Assembly: GCA_044892525.1 (NCBI GenBank)
Contig: CM097887.1
Span: 86,840,397 to 86,904,396, forward strand
Length of the DNA: 64,000 nt
Origin: Schmidtea polychroa
Lineage: Eukaryota
Direction of reading: 5' to 3'
In this document: positions 50,202 to 64,000 of the stretch, one piece after another
Numbering within the stretch: the stretch's first letter is position 1
Layout: each line of letters starts with the position of its first letter
Notes under the pieces: model-generated
Databases searched by the model: none
Seen by the model: only the letters and a program-made list of their open reading frames with translations
What the model was told of the DNA's origin: nothing
Made by a program: the position numbers and the translations under genes

Positions 50202-50600
50202 CAGACCTGTCCAAACCGCGACAGAAGTACTTTTGTGTGGCCCGCGAACTTCTCTATAATTTGATACCATCTCGCCCAAACCGGGATATATTTAGTAATT
50301 TGTTAATAGAAAAAATAGACAATCAGTCAAATTTAATTATTAACATAATATCATTTTTTAATTTTGGTGTGCGGTCCTAAGACAGGCCGTGCAGACAGAA
50401 ATATCCAATGAATTCAAAACAAGCGCCAGAGTATACATTAGTAACAACTGAAGGTGTTGAGTCCAAAATTTTCCGTACAGACAGGCGTTTTGCTATCCTT
50501 AGCCATTTATTTTAGATAAAAATTCTTTGCATTGTGTGCGGCACCCGAATAGTTTTTTTTGCATTGCGGCCCTCTGGTTTCCCGAGGTTGGACAGCCCTG
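50202..50600. mobile_element. hAT (Buster/Charlie-type) MITE
   Basis: TIR cagacctgtccaa / ttggacagccctg; perfect TSD atctaatc. Confidence 0.9.
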
Positions 50601-51445
50601 ATCTAATCGATAAAGTCTCAGTGCGCTGCGGGTTTCCTATTAGAAATTAATCAATTTGTTTTTGCGCTATAACTTTTTCTAGAGACCTATTACTAAGTTA
50701 TTATTATTATTTATGGGCTCGTCTCTTGATTTGGTGTTCATCCATTACCAATACCCCGATCAATATTAAATTTTCAAACTTTATAAATTTTTATTATTTT
50801 AGTGTATTTATTGATTTTTATAGTACTTCTGTTTTATTTTATGCCTTTATATATACTGATGATACCTAAATAATAAAAATATATTAAAAATAATTAGAAT
50901 AACTTGGGGGAAACCGATAAGATGATTAGGATAGTACTCTGAAACACAAAAGCAAAAATTGAGAAATGAAGAAGAAATAACAGAACAAAAGAGATGCAAC
51001 AATAAAGCGGAGAAAGGTCACTTATAATTAATAAGTGCAAGAAAGCAAAACGGAATTCCAAAATTGGATAACAAAAACAAAACATGAAAACAAAATCGGC
51101 ATCTTCGAACTTTCAAAGATAACGCGGGAAATAGGAAAAACTATGAGAAATTTGAGAAGCAAAAATGGAAAAAAATGATAAATTATCCCGAGTGCCGAAC
51201 TATTAGTAATAACAAAGGAACTGTACAAATTATGAAGAGACGGGATTCCTGTCACAGGAATGAACAAAAAAGAATTATCACAAGTGTCGGACTATAAAAG
51301 CAAAAATGGAATCAGAAGAAAAGTAGTGGTCGAGGGAAAATTAAAAGATAGTCGAGAAATAATTCGGAATTAAAAAATATTGAAACTAAACTTGAGTTAA
51401 AATTGAGTTCAATAAGAAAGCTTTAAAGTATAATTAATAAAGTCA

Positions 51446-51825
51446 AGTCAAAGCAAAGGAGAATCCAATTCAATTTACCAAATTATTTAGTCAGATCAGC
51501 GGTTGTTAATTGTTAAGTATTTTGGAATTATACGCATAGCTATTCTTCACTTAGTGTTGCAATAAGCTCTGTATAATTACCCATTTGACTGTTGAATTGA
51601 TCGTGTTGTTATAATACGTGCAATCAATTGTGATAATCAATAAAGGTTTATATTGTCTGAGAATTGTTATTTGTGGATCAGATAAAACACGCTTTGGAGT
51701 CAGAGATTTGATTGGCAACTTTTAAATATTACCACCAACCCAAATAACCCAATATATATTCCTCCAATAAGTCTGACAATTTAACTACTGTAAAATTAAA
51801 GGTTATTCTAAATTTTGAAAGAGTT
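51446..51825 (+). repeat. Second copy of the unclassified repeat at 7941-8300
   Basis: Shared blocks listed under 7941-8300. Confidence 0.6.
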
Positions 51826-52241
51826 ATAATCAAATTCATGTCGTAAACTATTCATCAGTCGAAAATTCTCATTTTTGATTTGTAATAAAATTTGAAACTT
51901 GCAGCAAATACCTATTTTATCATTTATAAATTGTTTAATAATTAATAATATTAATATTTACATTGATTACTTTAATTTTATTCTACATATTAAATTTAAA
52001 TTATATTATCGAATGAAATACAAAAAATCTATTGTTATTGATGGAATTAATAATTATTAATAAAATTTGAATGAAATAAAATAAATGAAACAAATTTATA
52101 CTGTTGGAAATAACGTGGTTGATTCTGCTTTTTCTTAACATATGGTAATTTAAAAAATACGAAAATTTCTAACACGACCTCTTTTTTAAATATTAATTTC
52201 GACTAATTAAAAGTAATATATATATATATACAAAATGAAAA

Positions 52242-55200
52242 TTAAGGATCTCTTTTACCTGGTATTAATAACTGAACATCGGTATCGTATGAATCATTAT
52301 TGGTTGGAGTTTGTAATGTATTTTCTGATGTGATATTATTTGAGTATTGGCAAGAATTTACTGAAATTTTATTTTTACTTCCCGAAAGCTTTGAATGAGA
52401 TCTAATAGCTTTTTGTAAATCGTTAACTGATCTGAAAGGTCTGGAATGACTTAAAGCATAATTGTAATTAGGTGGAGGTGGAATTCTTCGCATCTGTTCA
52501 TCGATAAGTTGCTGTATCGATGAGTCGTATAATGACATATAACCTAATAATGGAAAGCAAATTTTTAGAATGGTAAATTCCAAAAAATGAATATTTTTCA
52601 AGAAATTTAAATAAAAATAATTTGATTGGATTATATTTCGTTCTGGTTTATATAAAGTTTGTAAAGTATTTTGTAATGCATGGCAAGTAGATTCGTTGTC
52701 GAGAACACTGCATGCTATCGAAATTTCAGATCGATCCGATGACGGAAAGCGGGTTAATTTAAAAAATATTAATATGTCAAATCTAGTGTTTCCTTATTTC
52801 AATATAAATTCTTGTCAATTCAGTGGTGAGCTATATGAGGCTCGCGCGAGCCCTTTGTTAAATTATTCTATGATTTACGCGCTCCTTGTTCTCGGTAACT
52901 ATTTTTTCAGCTTCTAGAATAAATTGTAAATATTTTCTTGTAGTATTATATTTAGTGAATTTTTACAAATGGCATAATTTTCTTTCTTTAATTCTATTGT
53001 ATTGTTTGTTTTATTCCTTATTAATATAATATTGTTGTTTTTTTTTGCGTAATATAAACCATTTAATTAACATTATTTTGTTTTTTTATATGTCAGTCAC
53101 AGTGACACATTACTAGGGTACTAGTTCATACGATTCTCGAAGAAAAAAAAGAGCGAGCCCCTTGTTAAAAATTTCATAGCTCACCTGTGTCTATTCATTA
53201 ACTTCGGATTCAAGATATAACGTAATTATATCTAAAATATGTTATATTATATAATATATAATATATAATATTATAATATATAATATATAAGTTTGAACCT
53301 TAGGTTTATATAAAGAAACCCGAAGGCGATTTTGGAATATCTATGGTGCAGACTTTTGTCATAAGTATATATATATATAATATAAAAATATAAAGTCTCT
53401 GAATTGTTTGTCATTCAAAAGTAATTAATATGAATTTATTTTTCAATTAGAAATACAAAAATTAAAATAAATAAAAAACTAAGAGAATAATAAATGAACT
53501 TAAAACATTTAATCTACAACCTTATCAAAAATATAAACAATTGACTTATTTTGGTTAAATATGATTCACGCCAAAATATTTGAAAAATCACTATTAAATG
53601 GTATTGTAAATGGTATTGTATATTTTATTTATTGTAAATGATGAAAATTACAAAGGTGCGAATAAATTACAAGTGAATATTTTTAAATTACTTTATCAAA
53701 AGAAATATTACAAATTCTCATCCAATTTGTGGTGAACTAACTCAGTCGAAATATATATTATTAGCAATTTTTAGAAATATCATTTAAAATGACAAGAATA
53801 TTTCAAAAGAAAAATTTTAATTGTGAAGAAACAAACCAAATATATAATACCTTAAATATAAAGATTTTAAAAATTACTTATCCAAAGAAAAGAAAGATCC
53901 TAGAATTTCGAAACCAGGACAGATGTTATTCCAAAAGAAGTTTAAAATTTTATGTGAACTGAAAATTTAAAAAGTCATTAGAAACAAATATTTATTCTTG
54001 TCATTAAATTACTTTGAAACATAGCAAGGGTATTTTATGAATGCGTACAATCACATTACATTTTTATTTTTGAGTAATAAGTCAATTGACTTAAATCATA
54101 TTTAAACATTTGCGTTATCATAGCTTTTTAAAAACCACATTAAAAATACATGGTATCAAGACAAAATTAAATATAGAATAAAAGGATGTTATTACGGATT
54201 GTACTGGTTGAGTGGCACTTCATTTTTTGTAATTATAAGTGTTTGACAGAAAAACAAAATTATTATAAGAAATATTAAATAAAAATTGAAATGTTTCCAG
54301 TGTGATTTTATAATGCAACCAAAACCATTTAATAGTTGACAATTATAAAACTGATCTTATAAGAGTTCTATTAAATTAGCAGACAGAACAAATAATGAAA
54401 ATGTGCACACAATTTACTTTCATAAAAAGATCTTTAACAATAACTCTTAGACAAATCTATATTTTTTTACAGCAACGATTGAAGGTATGTTAATTAGATG
54501 AAAATAATTATATGAAACTAAATAATAACTATTTTACACACATTATTTTATTAATATCTGCACAATTCAAAATTTGAGTGCTGTAAAGAACCATTGGATT
54601 TCTCAGTCACTGAAATACTATGTACTAATTTATGTACTAATACACATAATTATAACTCAATAACATAATTATAACACTTTACGAGAACCCTAAAAAAACT
54701 CTCAGATGTTCCACGATGTTGAAATTATTACCCAATAGTACCCAAACTGACGGTTTTAGTTATTTCTGTTACTTAAATTTAATCGACAGTGCCAAAAATC
54801 AATATTCCTATTTTTATTTACCAAACCTTATCAAAATTTCAGAATGAAAGAGTAAAATATTTCATTATTTTCAGTTGTAATAACATTGCGATTATTAATT
54901 TCTTAATAATTTCCAAAAAAATATATATATATAAGGGTATACAGCCCCGGGATCCCTGAATTCAAATTTCTTAATCCCAGGATTTGTATTTCGAATTTTT
55001 TCCTCATCATCATTTTCTAAGAATCTATTTCATAGGAAATTTATATTTTTGTTTTTGAAATAAGAACAGAGAATTTTTTTGCCTATCGAACATTTGATGA
55101 ATGAACAATATTGTTGTAAAGCAGTGACCGGTACCATTACAACTCAGGTTAAAACATTTTATTATAATTTACATGTAAAGAAGTCGTACATTAAATTTAT

Positions 55201-58200
55201 TATGTATGTTTTGCACAATGTTAATGAATGCAATTACTTACGGTGTGCTAAATTTTTATTTGGAGAGAATATTTCAGAGTGATCTGTGTAACATTTATTA
55301 TTAATGAATTAATTAAATTTTAAATTAATTGTAACTGAATTATTTGTAATATCTAAAATCAACTATTTATAAATTACATTAAAAACTGTGTAATTTAATA
55401 TACTAATAAATATAGTTGATTATAGGAAATGTAATATAGTAATAGCAATGTTTTCTGAAAATATTCAAAGTGGTTTAAATATTCGATTTAACAACGAGCA
55501 GATTTTTAAATTAAATAAAGTTTCTAAAACATCTTTGTATTCTTACAACCTGATACCCCTTTTGAATAGCTCAACCAAAATTTGCACCTCAAATATTACT
55601 CCCATTATTAATGTTATTTTAAGTATTATTGACAACCATATTATGATTATTTCTTATTGACACTCAAATTTTCTTTCATGTTAAAAATGTTTGATAGCAA
55701 AATTTAAAAATAAAATTAACCAAGTTATAATTATTAATATTTCAATATTTATTAATAACAAAAAATTAATTATTTAATCACAAATTTCGAAAAATAAAAT
55801 TACGTATGTATATAAACCTATTTATTGAAATATAACATTCTCAAGTAACAACATTTTCGTCGATAAATAAAAGTTTAGAAAATGTTGCATGAGAATATTA
55901 ATAAAATTCAAAAGTGTTCACAGTTCAGTTATTTACAATTGACTACAAGACAATACAGCGCTTTCCGTACTTACAAACACGCGATGTATTTGCTTCCCAC
56001 TGTCATCAATCCAGTCAAATGTTTGAGCATTTAGATAATTTATATACAATGTATTTATATATCAATCTATATTACTCATTTTATTAATAATTCATTGTAT
56101 TTTGTAATTGGTTTGAATTAGTTGATATATCTCGGAAAATTCATAGCAGACAAATGCAGCATATATTATCACATGTATCATTCTATTTTCCTTTTATTAG
56201 TTTTCATTAATATGCACATCTTAAAAATCAACATTAAATAAATTGTTCAAAAAAACAAGTAATAATAAACTATGACGAAAGCGTACTATAACTTCATTTA
56301 ATCTAGTTGTTTAAATGTCAAAAGCAACATGTTGTCTCTGATAAACTCGCTCTGGTATTGAGCATCATTTTCTGTGGAAACATCAGCTAAAAGCCTTGGA
56401 CTTGATTCCTCATATAGTAATAACTCATGTTCATGGATAACGGCAAGCATAAAGAGATTCGTGTCCAAATTTCCATGCGTCTGTTCCAGTTTTATTGTTC
56501 AAATATATAGAAATTCATATTTGGATAATGGATCAACATTTTTAAAATCCATATCATTTTCCATTACGAAATTAATTAAACGAATTTAAAAAATTTTATT
56601 TTTAAAACTCACAAAAAACTTACAAAATTCAAACAACTTGATATAAAAAATCCAAAGATATTATCAAAACTGAAATCTCCAAAATTCGATAATTAAAACT
56701 CGACCCAAAATAAAATTCGATAATAAAACTCCAAAATTACACTGATCGCGCCTGTGTGCGCATACAAAAAACAAACACCATCTCCGAATCCAACGAGCAC
56801 ACAGACGCGAATTAACGCCAGGATTGACCACTAGTATCCCGTGTCTTATTAGGTTGACATAAGGGTTATGTCGTATTTAAAATAAATAATTAACAATAAT
56901 TATAACCAAAGAAATGCATTATGTAATTTAAGTGAATTGTTTTTTGAATTTTAAAAATATTTATAAATTCAGATAACTTAACATTCATAATTTCAAAGAA
57001 AATTTGGATATATTAATTTTATTAAAAGTGTTGAATGTTGGTTTGAAAGACTGGATAATTTGACATAATTATATTATTTTTTTAAAGTGCTCCATTGTCA
57101 ATTGATAAAAAGCCTTTGGAATTATTGAAATATAACTAATTGATTATTGAATGAATTATGAGACATATAAATATGAAGCAAAGAAATATAATTAATGCAG
57201 CTGAACTTAAAGATTATATATAATGTAGAAATCTTACCTCGACGCCGAGCCAGATTCCGTGTGGTTAAAATGCGCATTTTGTGAAGACGGCATATGCAAA
57301 CCAACCCTAACACCACAATGAGTAAACACAAAATGACACTAACACTTGATACAAGTATAAGTCGAATGTGAGTAGTATTATAATATGGTAATGTTAGATC
57401 GCAATTACGCTCATCACTGCCATCTCTGCACGTAATCGTTCCATCACATTTTAATGACTCAGTAATGCACCTAGAAGGGAAACTTTGACAAAGGAATGTT
57501 TTATTGTGTGAACCACATTGGACAGGATCACAGTACATCTGTAAAAAAGCAAATTTTATGAGGACTTACACTTAAAAAATAAAAACATTAATACATTATA
57601 AGTACTTAATAAGTGTGAATATTCGGGTGAAATATTTTGTAAATTTTTTGATTTCATGTAAGCTGAGTTAAATTTCACCACTAAGTAGTCACTATCAAAA
57701 TATTATTTCTTTCTGTTAAAATGTTATTTATCTTTATACATATTGTCATTTCAATAAATTTGATGAGTTTCATATTTATAACAATTTATTTATAAGGCAT
57801 GTGTTTTGGATTATAAAATAGGAATAAACGGTTTTAATAACTCATCTCATTTGAAAGAGCTTAACCACACAAACGAACTTTTAATATTATCTACTGATAA
57901 AAAGAATTTGTAACTCTATGGGAGTAGAAAGAGAAACGAGGTTTGGCTGGGACGTATAATTCTAACCTACATGTAATTTAAGCAAGCTAATTTACTTCAT
58001 ATATCCTAAAAAATACTAAAAAAAGTCGAAGTGAAGACATATTTTCTTGTAGGAAGACCAAGCATATCATTATTTATTCGATTGTCTGAGTAATTAGTTT
58101 CAGGCATTGAATGCTTATAATATTGGATATCCTCTTTTAAAACAAAGTATTCCTCGAATACCAACTAATATTTGAAACGCCATAACTCTTCAAGTATCTT

Positions 58201-61182
58201 GTGCATTTTAGTTTCAGACTAAAACAACTTTTGTAACCTGTCAGTTATAGCATATATCTTTTCTCCGGTATAAATAATGATTAATTTCAATATTTGTTCA
58301 TGTTTCCAATTTTTTTTGGAAGAAAAGCTGTTTGATGATGTTCTATTGGAAATTAAGGTCCTTATAGGCTGAATTGTGTTTAAATTAGCTTTCTTGAAAT
58401 TAAGGTTCGTATTTTCAAATAAAATATTTTTGAAATAAGTCAAGCTTAAATTTATTACAGAAAAATATGAAAATCAAATGGAGAAATTTTTATAACTATA
58501 TTTTAATCCAAAATATAAATTAGAAAAACAAAATTGAATTTTAATTTTGACATTTCCAATTTATTAATACAATTTAAATTTTAATTACTTGAAAAAGACA
58601 GAGCCGAAAATTTGTGAATATAAAAAAAACATCGATACATTTACTGATTCATAGTCAAGCTTTTTAATAAATAAAATGTCAATTGAAAAGAAATCAGTGG
58701 TGAAATTTGAAAAAAATTCTTATAATAAAATTTAAATTAAAAATATTGATTCCAATTAACCCTTTGAGTAATTCGATCGCCATTTCATACTTTTATTATT
58801 TTTTTATTCCTAAAGTGTATTTATGTGATTACTTAAATATAGTGGGGCTCCCACACTCCCCGCGCTTGGTCAGTGTGTAAAATTTCTGTTTTTCTGTAGC
58901 AGCGTGGTACTTTTATTTAATTCTCTAAAAATCATGTTGGCACTCAAAGGGTTAAAGCAATCATTGCAAATGTGTTAATATAAAATGGTATTAATCTAAA
59001 AATAAACTATTTCAGCCTTGCTTTTCGCAATTGTTAAAATACGTGTACAGGCAATGAATTATTGATATGAATACCAGATAATGGTGCCATCAAATTTACT
59101 GTGAGTCTTTACTAATGCAATATAGCAGCTTCATCAACTAATCGTATCGTTGGTACAATCAATAAACCTAGTCAATCAAACTTACTGTTCGATATTCCAC
59201 AATGTCAGCCGGACATTCTTAGTTTTATAAAATACAAAATTTTCAGAATTTTTTTTTGAGTTGAGTAATGTTTAATAATATATAAATATATAAAAACACT
59301 AAAACGCCAAATGAATGAAAAATATTTTAAGGGAATTATCCTCACATCATCTGCCATCATAATCTATGTCAACAGTTACATATACGAAAACAATAATGGC
59401 TTTTATTGAATTAATTAAATACTCTCAATAAATTCGTTGCTGATTGAATGTTAATTGTAGGAGATTGTGATATAATAACCAATGCCTCAGATAAAATTCT
59501 TTCAAATTTATTATTAAAGTTTTATAGAAAATTTTGAAGTCTTTTAAGTCAGTTGCCCCTTTACTCGTACTTTATAAACAACAAAAACAATGCAATTTGC
59601 CATGGGAAATTTCTACTTAACAAGTTGTGGGGAAAATATTCTCCAATAATATCATTTAATAGGTGATGGTAAAAATCAATGAGATAGCAATTTGCACATA
59701 GTTTTTGCTACATTTCTTTGTTAGCTGTTAGTTTCTTCAACCGTATAATTTATTATTTCATTATCAAAGAATATTTTAAAGTAATCAAATGACCGATTAA
59801 CATTTATCGATATATTTTCCTTATACCTGAAGGAATTTCATCTAAATCTCATATTTTTAAAGTTTGAGTTCTTTTGCCTATTGGTTTATCCTTTTAATCA
59901 TAACTATAATAAAATAAGAGATACCGTAGAGTGCCGAATAGTATACCTCCCCAAATAGTGTACCAGTGGTATAATAAACCAAATAGTGTATCTGGTATAA
60001 TATTTGGATTTCAAAGTAAATCAAAATTTTGGCGTTTTCCATATAGTGTACCATGGCATTAAAATCGGCACTCTACGGTAATAATATAATATATCAATGT
60101 TCCATGATATTGTTTACTAGCCATAAAGGGGGTTAAATTTATAACATTTTCATTTATAACCATAAAAGTGACTTTATCCAATCCCAGTTATTGATTTTCA
60201 ATGCATTTCGTGACAGTAACAAATTTTATTATACTACCTTATTATAAAACAAAAATTATCAGATATCATTAACAAAAAGATAATTCATTCCAAGAAATTT
60301 TTTTCCAGTCAAAGTATAAATTAATTTACTTAAACTTAATAAAATTAAAAAATAAAAATTATATAATAAAAAATTATATTTATAAATAAATAAAAAAATG
60401 ACATAACTTATAATAATGATAATAATAATAATAAAAATAATAATAAATTCAGATAACAAAATAATAATAATCATTATTAATAATAAAAATGATAAATTTT
60501 AAAATAATTAAAAAAAATTAAAATAATATTAATAATAAATAAAAATAAGAATAAAGGTAAAAAAATAATCAAAAATATAATAATAAATTAATAATCATTA
60601 TTAATAATTACAATAAAAATAAAAACGATTAAAATTAAAAATATTATTAATAATAAATAAAAATAAGAATAAAGGTAAAAAAATAATCAAAAATATTATA
60701 ATAAAATAATAATCACTACAAATAATTAAAATAAAAATAAATTTAAAAACAAAATAATAGTAATAATAAAATACAATAATTTGAATAACTGTATTAGCAA
60801 TATAAAATCTGGCAATATTAACAAATCAATTTATACCTCATCTGCGAGAGTTTCGCAATCTGGTATGCCATTACATCGCTGATTACGACTGTAACAGTCC
60901 ATACTAGAACGAACAGAACATGGATAGAAAATCCTATTGAACTTAATTTGTTGAGCTTTACACTGAAGACAGTTTTCTTCATCTTTACCGGATACTGGGC
61001 AATTCCATACTGAATTACATCGTTCATACCGAATGTCAAAACAGTTTAGCTCGTTTTCAGAGCACGGCTTTTGGATTCCTGGAATACAAACTCCCTTGAT
61101 CTGATATGTGATGTTGAATGCCTGAAATATGAAATTCGATCTCAACATCAATAAACAATGTTGATCGTCACTCGAGAATGCA
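52242..61182 (-). CDS. LRP12/LRP3/LRP10-like CUB-LDLa single-pass receptor (3' part; 5' exons uncertain, extending to about 61500 or beyond)
   Basis: Phase-consistent exons 61182-60837 (CUB end LLMLRSNF...AFNITY plus 2 LDLa), 57538-57238 (LDLa CDGTITCRDGSDE plus TM) and 52543-52242 (tail QQLIDEQMRRIPPPPNY). A CUB-like start FYHPLFYGNATRYKSSAECTWI lies at about 61410-61490. Confidence 0.8.
52680..53215. mobile_element. DINE-1/Helentron-like repeat, copy 2
   Basis: Matches 32460-32615 (tggcaagtagattc...gatccgatgacggaaagcgggttaattt...tctattcattaacttcgg). Confidence 0.55.
52821..53187. mobile_element. hAT MITE inserted in the copy-2 repeat
   Basis: Ends cagtggtgagctat / atagctcacctg; TSD tgtcaatt/tgtctatt; the empty site is visible in copy 1. 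Confidence 0.8.
58760..58951. mobile_element. piggyBac MITE
   Basis: TTAA TSD on both sides; perfect TIR ccctttgagt / actcaaaggg. Confidence 0.9.
59700..59860 (-). mobile_element. piggyBac transposase N-terminal remnant
   Basis: FDYFKIFFDNEIINYTVEETN matches the PGBD F-LFF---II--IV-ETN motif. Confidence 0.5.
59924..60078. mobile_element. pogo/Tc2-type MITE
   Basis: Perfect 14-bp TIR ccgtagagtgccga with TA TSD on both sides. Confidence 0.9.
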
Positions 61183-62347
61183 CTGTAAAAACCCAACAAA
61201 TAAACATCGGTCTAATGTTACGAATAGATTATAAACTCGATACTCTCAAATGGCAAACGATTTACATAGTTTCACAAAACATAGTTCATATACAAACAAG
61301 ACGTAGAAAATGAGAGGTTTCAACGACTTCAAAACGATTTAATAAAAGTTAAATAAATATTATGTTTCTAAGAGAAAATGGTAGAAAATGAATTAGAAAT
61401 TAAACTCATTTATCCATGTGCATTCAGCCGACGACTTATAAACGAGTGGCATTGCCATAGAATAAAGGATGGTAGAAATCTACCGCTTACACTTTACACT
61501 AGGGTTTTCAAATATTCAGATTTTCTATAACCAAGGCTTTCGAATATAAATTTCAGATTTATCCGGAAGATACCGGATAACAGTATAAAAATAAACAAAT
61601 AACATTGGACTAATTTTATTATTTATAAATAAAATTTAAAATGTATAATCATAGTATTTGATTTTTTTGATTTAAATAATAATATTGTGGGAACACTAAT
61701 ACATTAAGTGATGCACAAGGAAGACGAGATTTAGTTCTTGTACACAAATTTTCAGAAACCGAAAGAGTTCTTTCGCAAGTATATTGAAGTTGGCTTCATT
61801 ATTTTCAATATCACACACATCTATTCAAGATTTAGTGTTCTAGAAAATATTAAATTCTTGGTCTAAAGTACAGCTATCATACTGGCCTCATTTTAAATTT
61901 ATCAATTTAATTCTTAAATTAATTTTATTTCTGATTGAATTCTTCACACTGAATTTCTATTTCAGTTTCCAATTGCTACATAGTCTCACCAGGGAAAATC
62001 TTTTCATAAAGACTGTAATAAAACTAAGAATAGATTTTGTTGAACCATTTGTTGAAGTTGTGTCAACAAGATGTTTTATTAAAGCTGGTTAATTCTGACT
62101 ACTCACGTATGTGTGCGCACACTTCTTATTGTCTGAGTACAGACACGAGTAGTTGAGTTTTGATTTGTATTGGAATTTTCCGACTTTTGTTTCTTGAATA
62201 ACGTTTTTTTTGGTGTTTAAAAACGTCGTTTTTCTGAGATTTTCGGTTTGGATTTGAATTTCTTTTGCTGAATGTTGTTTTTTGTTTGTGGAATTTTGAT
62301 ATTGAAAAAAAAATCCTTTTCAGAGTCTTCCTATTTCAATTATTGAT

Positions 62348-62471
62348 CAATGGATACGGATTCATTTGTATTGACAATAAAATTAATGATATAGAGGTAT
62401 TTGTGCATTTTAGATCGATTGCTGCTACAAATGCAACTTCAATAACTGATAGAGAAGTTCTTTTCGATATT
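62348..62471 (+). pseudogene. Cold-shock-domain (Y-box/Csp-like) fragment
   Basis: NGYGFI (RNP1), EVFVHFRSI (RNP2) and SITDREVLFDI. Confidence 0.6.
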
Positions 62472-63100
62472 CCCAAAGCTGACAGATGATCCATGACTAA
62501 AATTATATTGGATACATTTAATGTTCCAATGATGTATGTCACAATTCAAGCAGTTCTTTCTTTGTACGCTGCAGGTCGTACCTCGGGTATCGTTCTGGAC
62601 TTAAGTGATCCTGTATCTTACACTATTGCAATTTATGCAATTTATGTGTTACTTCATGCTATTTGTATAATTAATTTAACAGGAAGAGACTTAACTGATT
62701 ATCTAATGAAAACTATGACGGACGAGGATACGGTTTTACAACGACCGCCAAAGAGATAAAGAAAATTTGTATTACATTGCTCTTGATTTAGAACAAGAAA
62801 TGCGAACTGCTGTTTTTTCATCGTTACTTGAAGAGTTATGAACTACCAGATGATCAAGTTATTATCATTAGATATGAAATATTTAGATGTCCAGAAGCTT
62901 TGCTTCAGCAATCATTCTTGAAAATGAAAACTGTTGGTATTCATGAGATGACATATACCAGCATGATGAAATGCGATGTGGATACCCGTAAAAATTTATA
63001 TAGCAATAGTCTTACCAGATAATTCGAAAATGTATCCTGGTATTGCTGATCGCGTGCACAAACAAATATCACCTTTGGTTCCATCAGCATCAATGAGAAT
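62472..63100 (+). pseudogene. ACT: Intronless actin pseudogene (about residues 112-330)
   Basis: [81 protein letters not shown]; with a stop and frameshifts. Confidence 0.9.
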
Positions 63101-63420
63101 TAAACAAAAGCCGTAATATTATCATTTTCCCGAGCTTCAATACGATTTTGAATTGACTGGAACAAATTGAGACTTATTTCTGAGTTGATTGTTTCCATAT
63201 ATAAAGCACCTTCAGCATTAAAAAGAATTTTTACTTTTCCACTTAATGGTTCTATTGCTAGCTTTATAGGTTGGTTAGAAAGAAAATCTTTTAATGCTTT
63301 TGAAATTGGAGGTTTCAACTTCAAAAACATTTCTATCATGGACGCAATTTATTTCCATCGAACTTTTATGTTTAGCAGTAGTTCATATTCACGTTGGAAT
63401 TCATTTTTAACATGATTTTG
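63100..63420 (-). mobile_element. hAT transposase remnant truncating the actin pseudogene
   Basis: ELLLNIKVRWK*IASMIEMFLKLKPPISKAL corresponds to the hAT DVKTRWNS region. Confidence 0.7.
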
Positions 63421-64000
63421 CAGAATACTATAAATAAGCGCAATGTTCCCATTCAATGAAAATATTTATTTAAATTACAGTGGTAACAATGGTGATCAAG
63501 CTAACAGAAAAATCCAAATAATATAAAGCAAACCAGATTCGATGTCACACTAAATAAAGATGATTCTAATTTGTATGACGCGTTACAGGAACCTTATATC
63601 AGAATGAGGTATACGAAACAGTCGCGTATATAGTCGCGTACATGGAACTTGGAGATTATCCAGATTCAGGATAAATGAGATATTGAAAAGTAGTAATAAC
63701 ATTTTGAGCTTTTCTTCATTCGTACTTTTATGAGAATTTGCTTTGACTACTTGTTAAGAAGGAGCATCATAGATTGGCCAACAATTATTTATTACCTCCT
63801 AATTTTCAAGAAATTCTTCTAAGCACCAGACAGCTTTATTTTGAGATGCATAATTTCATTTTTATAAAACCTTGATCATATTACACAATCTGATTTGATA
63901 TTCCTTTCCTACAAAACGGTACTCTTGTAATATTGTTGCCTTTATCACAATCGAATAGTAAATGAGAGCTTTTAAGTACTTTAAAAAATGAGATATTTCA

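Noticed and set aside
52696-52917. ORF MSRTLHAIEISDRSDDGKRV
   Set aside because: Reads through a repeat and a MITE junction; not coding.
58980-59700. Extra CUB exons of the LRP12-like gene
   Set aside because: Frames contain stops, and exon 60837 joins exon 57538 in phase (LADE-MYC) without them.
1-64000. tRNA, rRNA or other structured ncRNA genes
   Set aside because: No cloverleaf, A/B boxes or rRNA-like conserved segments recognised by eye; a covariance-model scan would be needed to exclude them.

Overview
Very AT-rich (roughly 25-30% GC) eukaryotic, almost certainly metazoan, genomic DNA. Most introns are 40-60 nt, a few are kb-long and filled with transposons, and there are two assembly gaps. 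Taxon cannot be fixed from the sequence; a compact invertebrate or parasite genome is plausible. Recognisable host genes, all parsed by hand across GT-AG introns: a highly divergent alpha-tubulin (+), a MIER-family ELM2-SANT corepressor (+), GPI transamidase subunit PIG-U (-) and an LRP12/LRP3/LRP10-like CUB-LDLa receptor (-). There is also an orphan spliced coiled-coil gene and a decayed cold-shock-domain/actin chimera. The rest is a dense transposon landscape: a Gypsy LTR element with both LTRs, PBS, PPT and TSD; Tc1, mariner, Tigger, hAT and piggyBac relics; and many MITEs with intact TSDs. The most unusual items are: (1) about 60% GC, intronless, paralogous small ORFs of no recognisable family at 3.1-7.9 kb; (2) the alpha-tubulin, with Gln at the catalytic E254 position and a long basic tail replacing the acidic E-hook; (3) a near-perfect 437-bp spacerless hairpin in a PIG-U intron; (4) an in-frame CSD-actin fusion. 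All alignments are by eye against remembered family consensus, not database searches.
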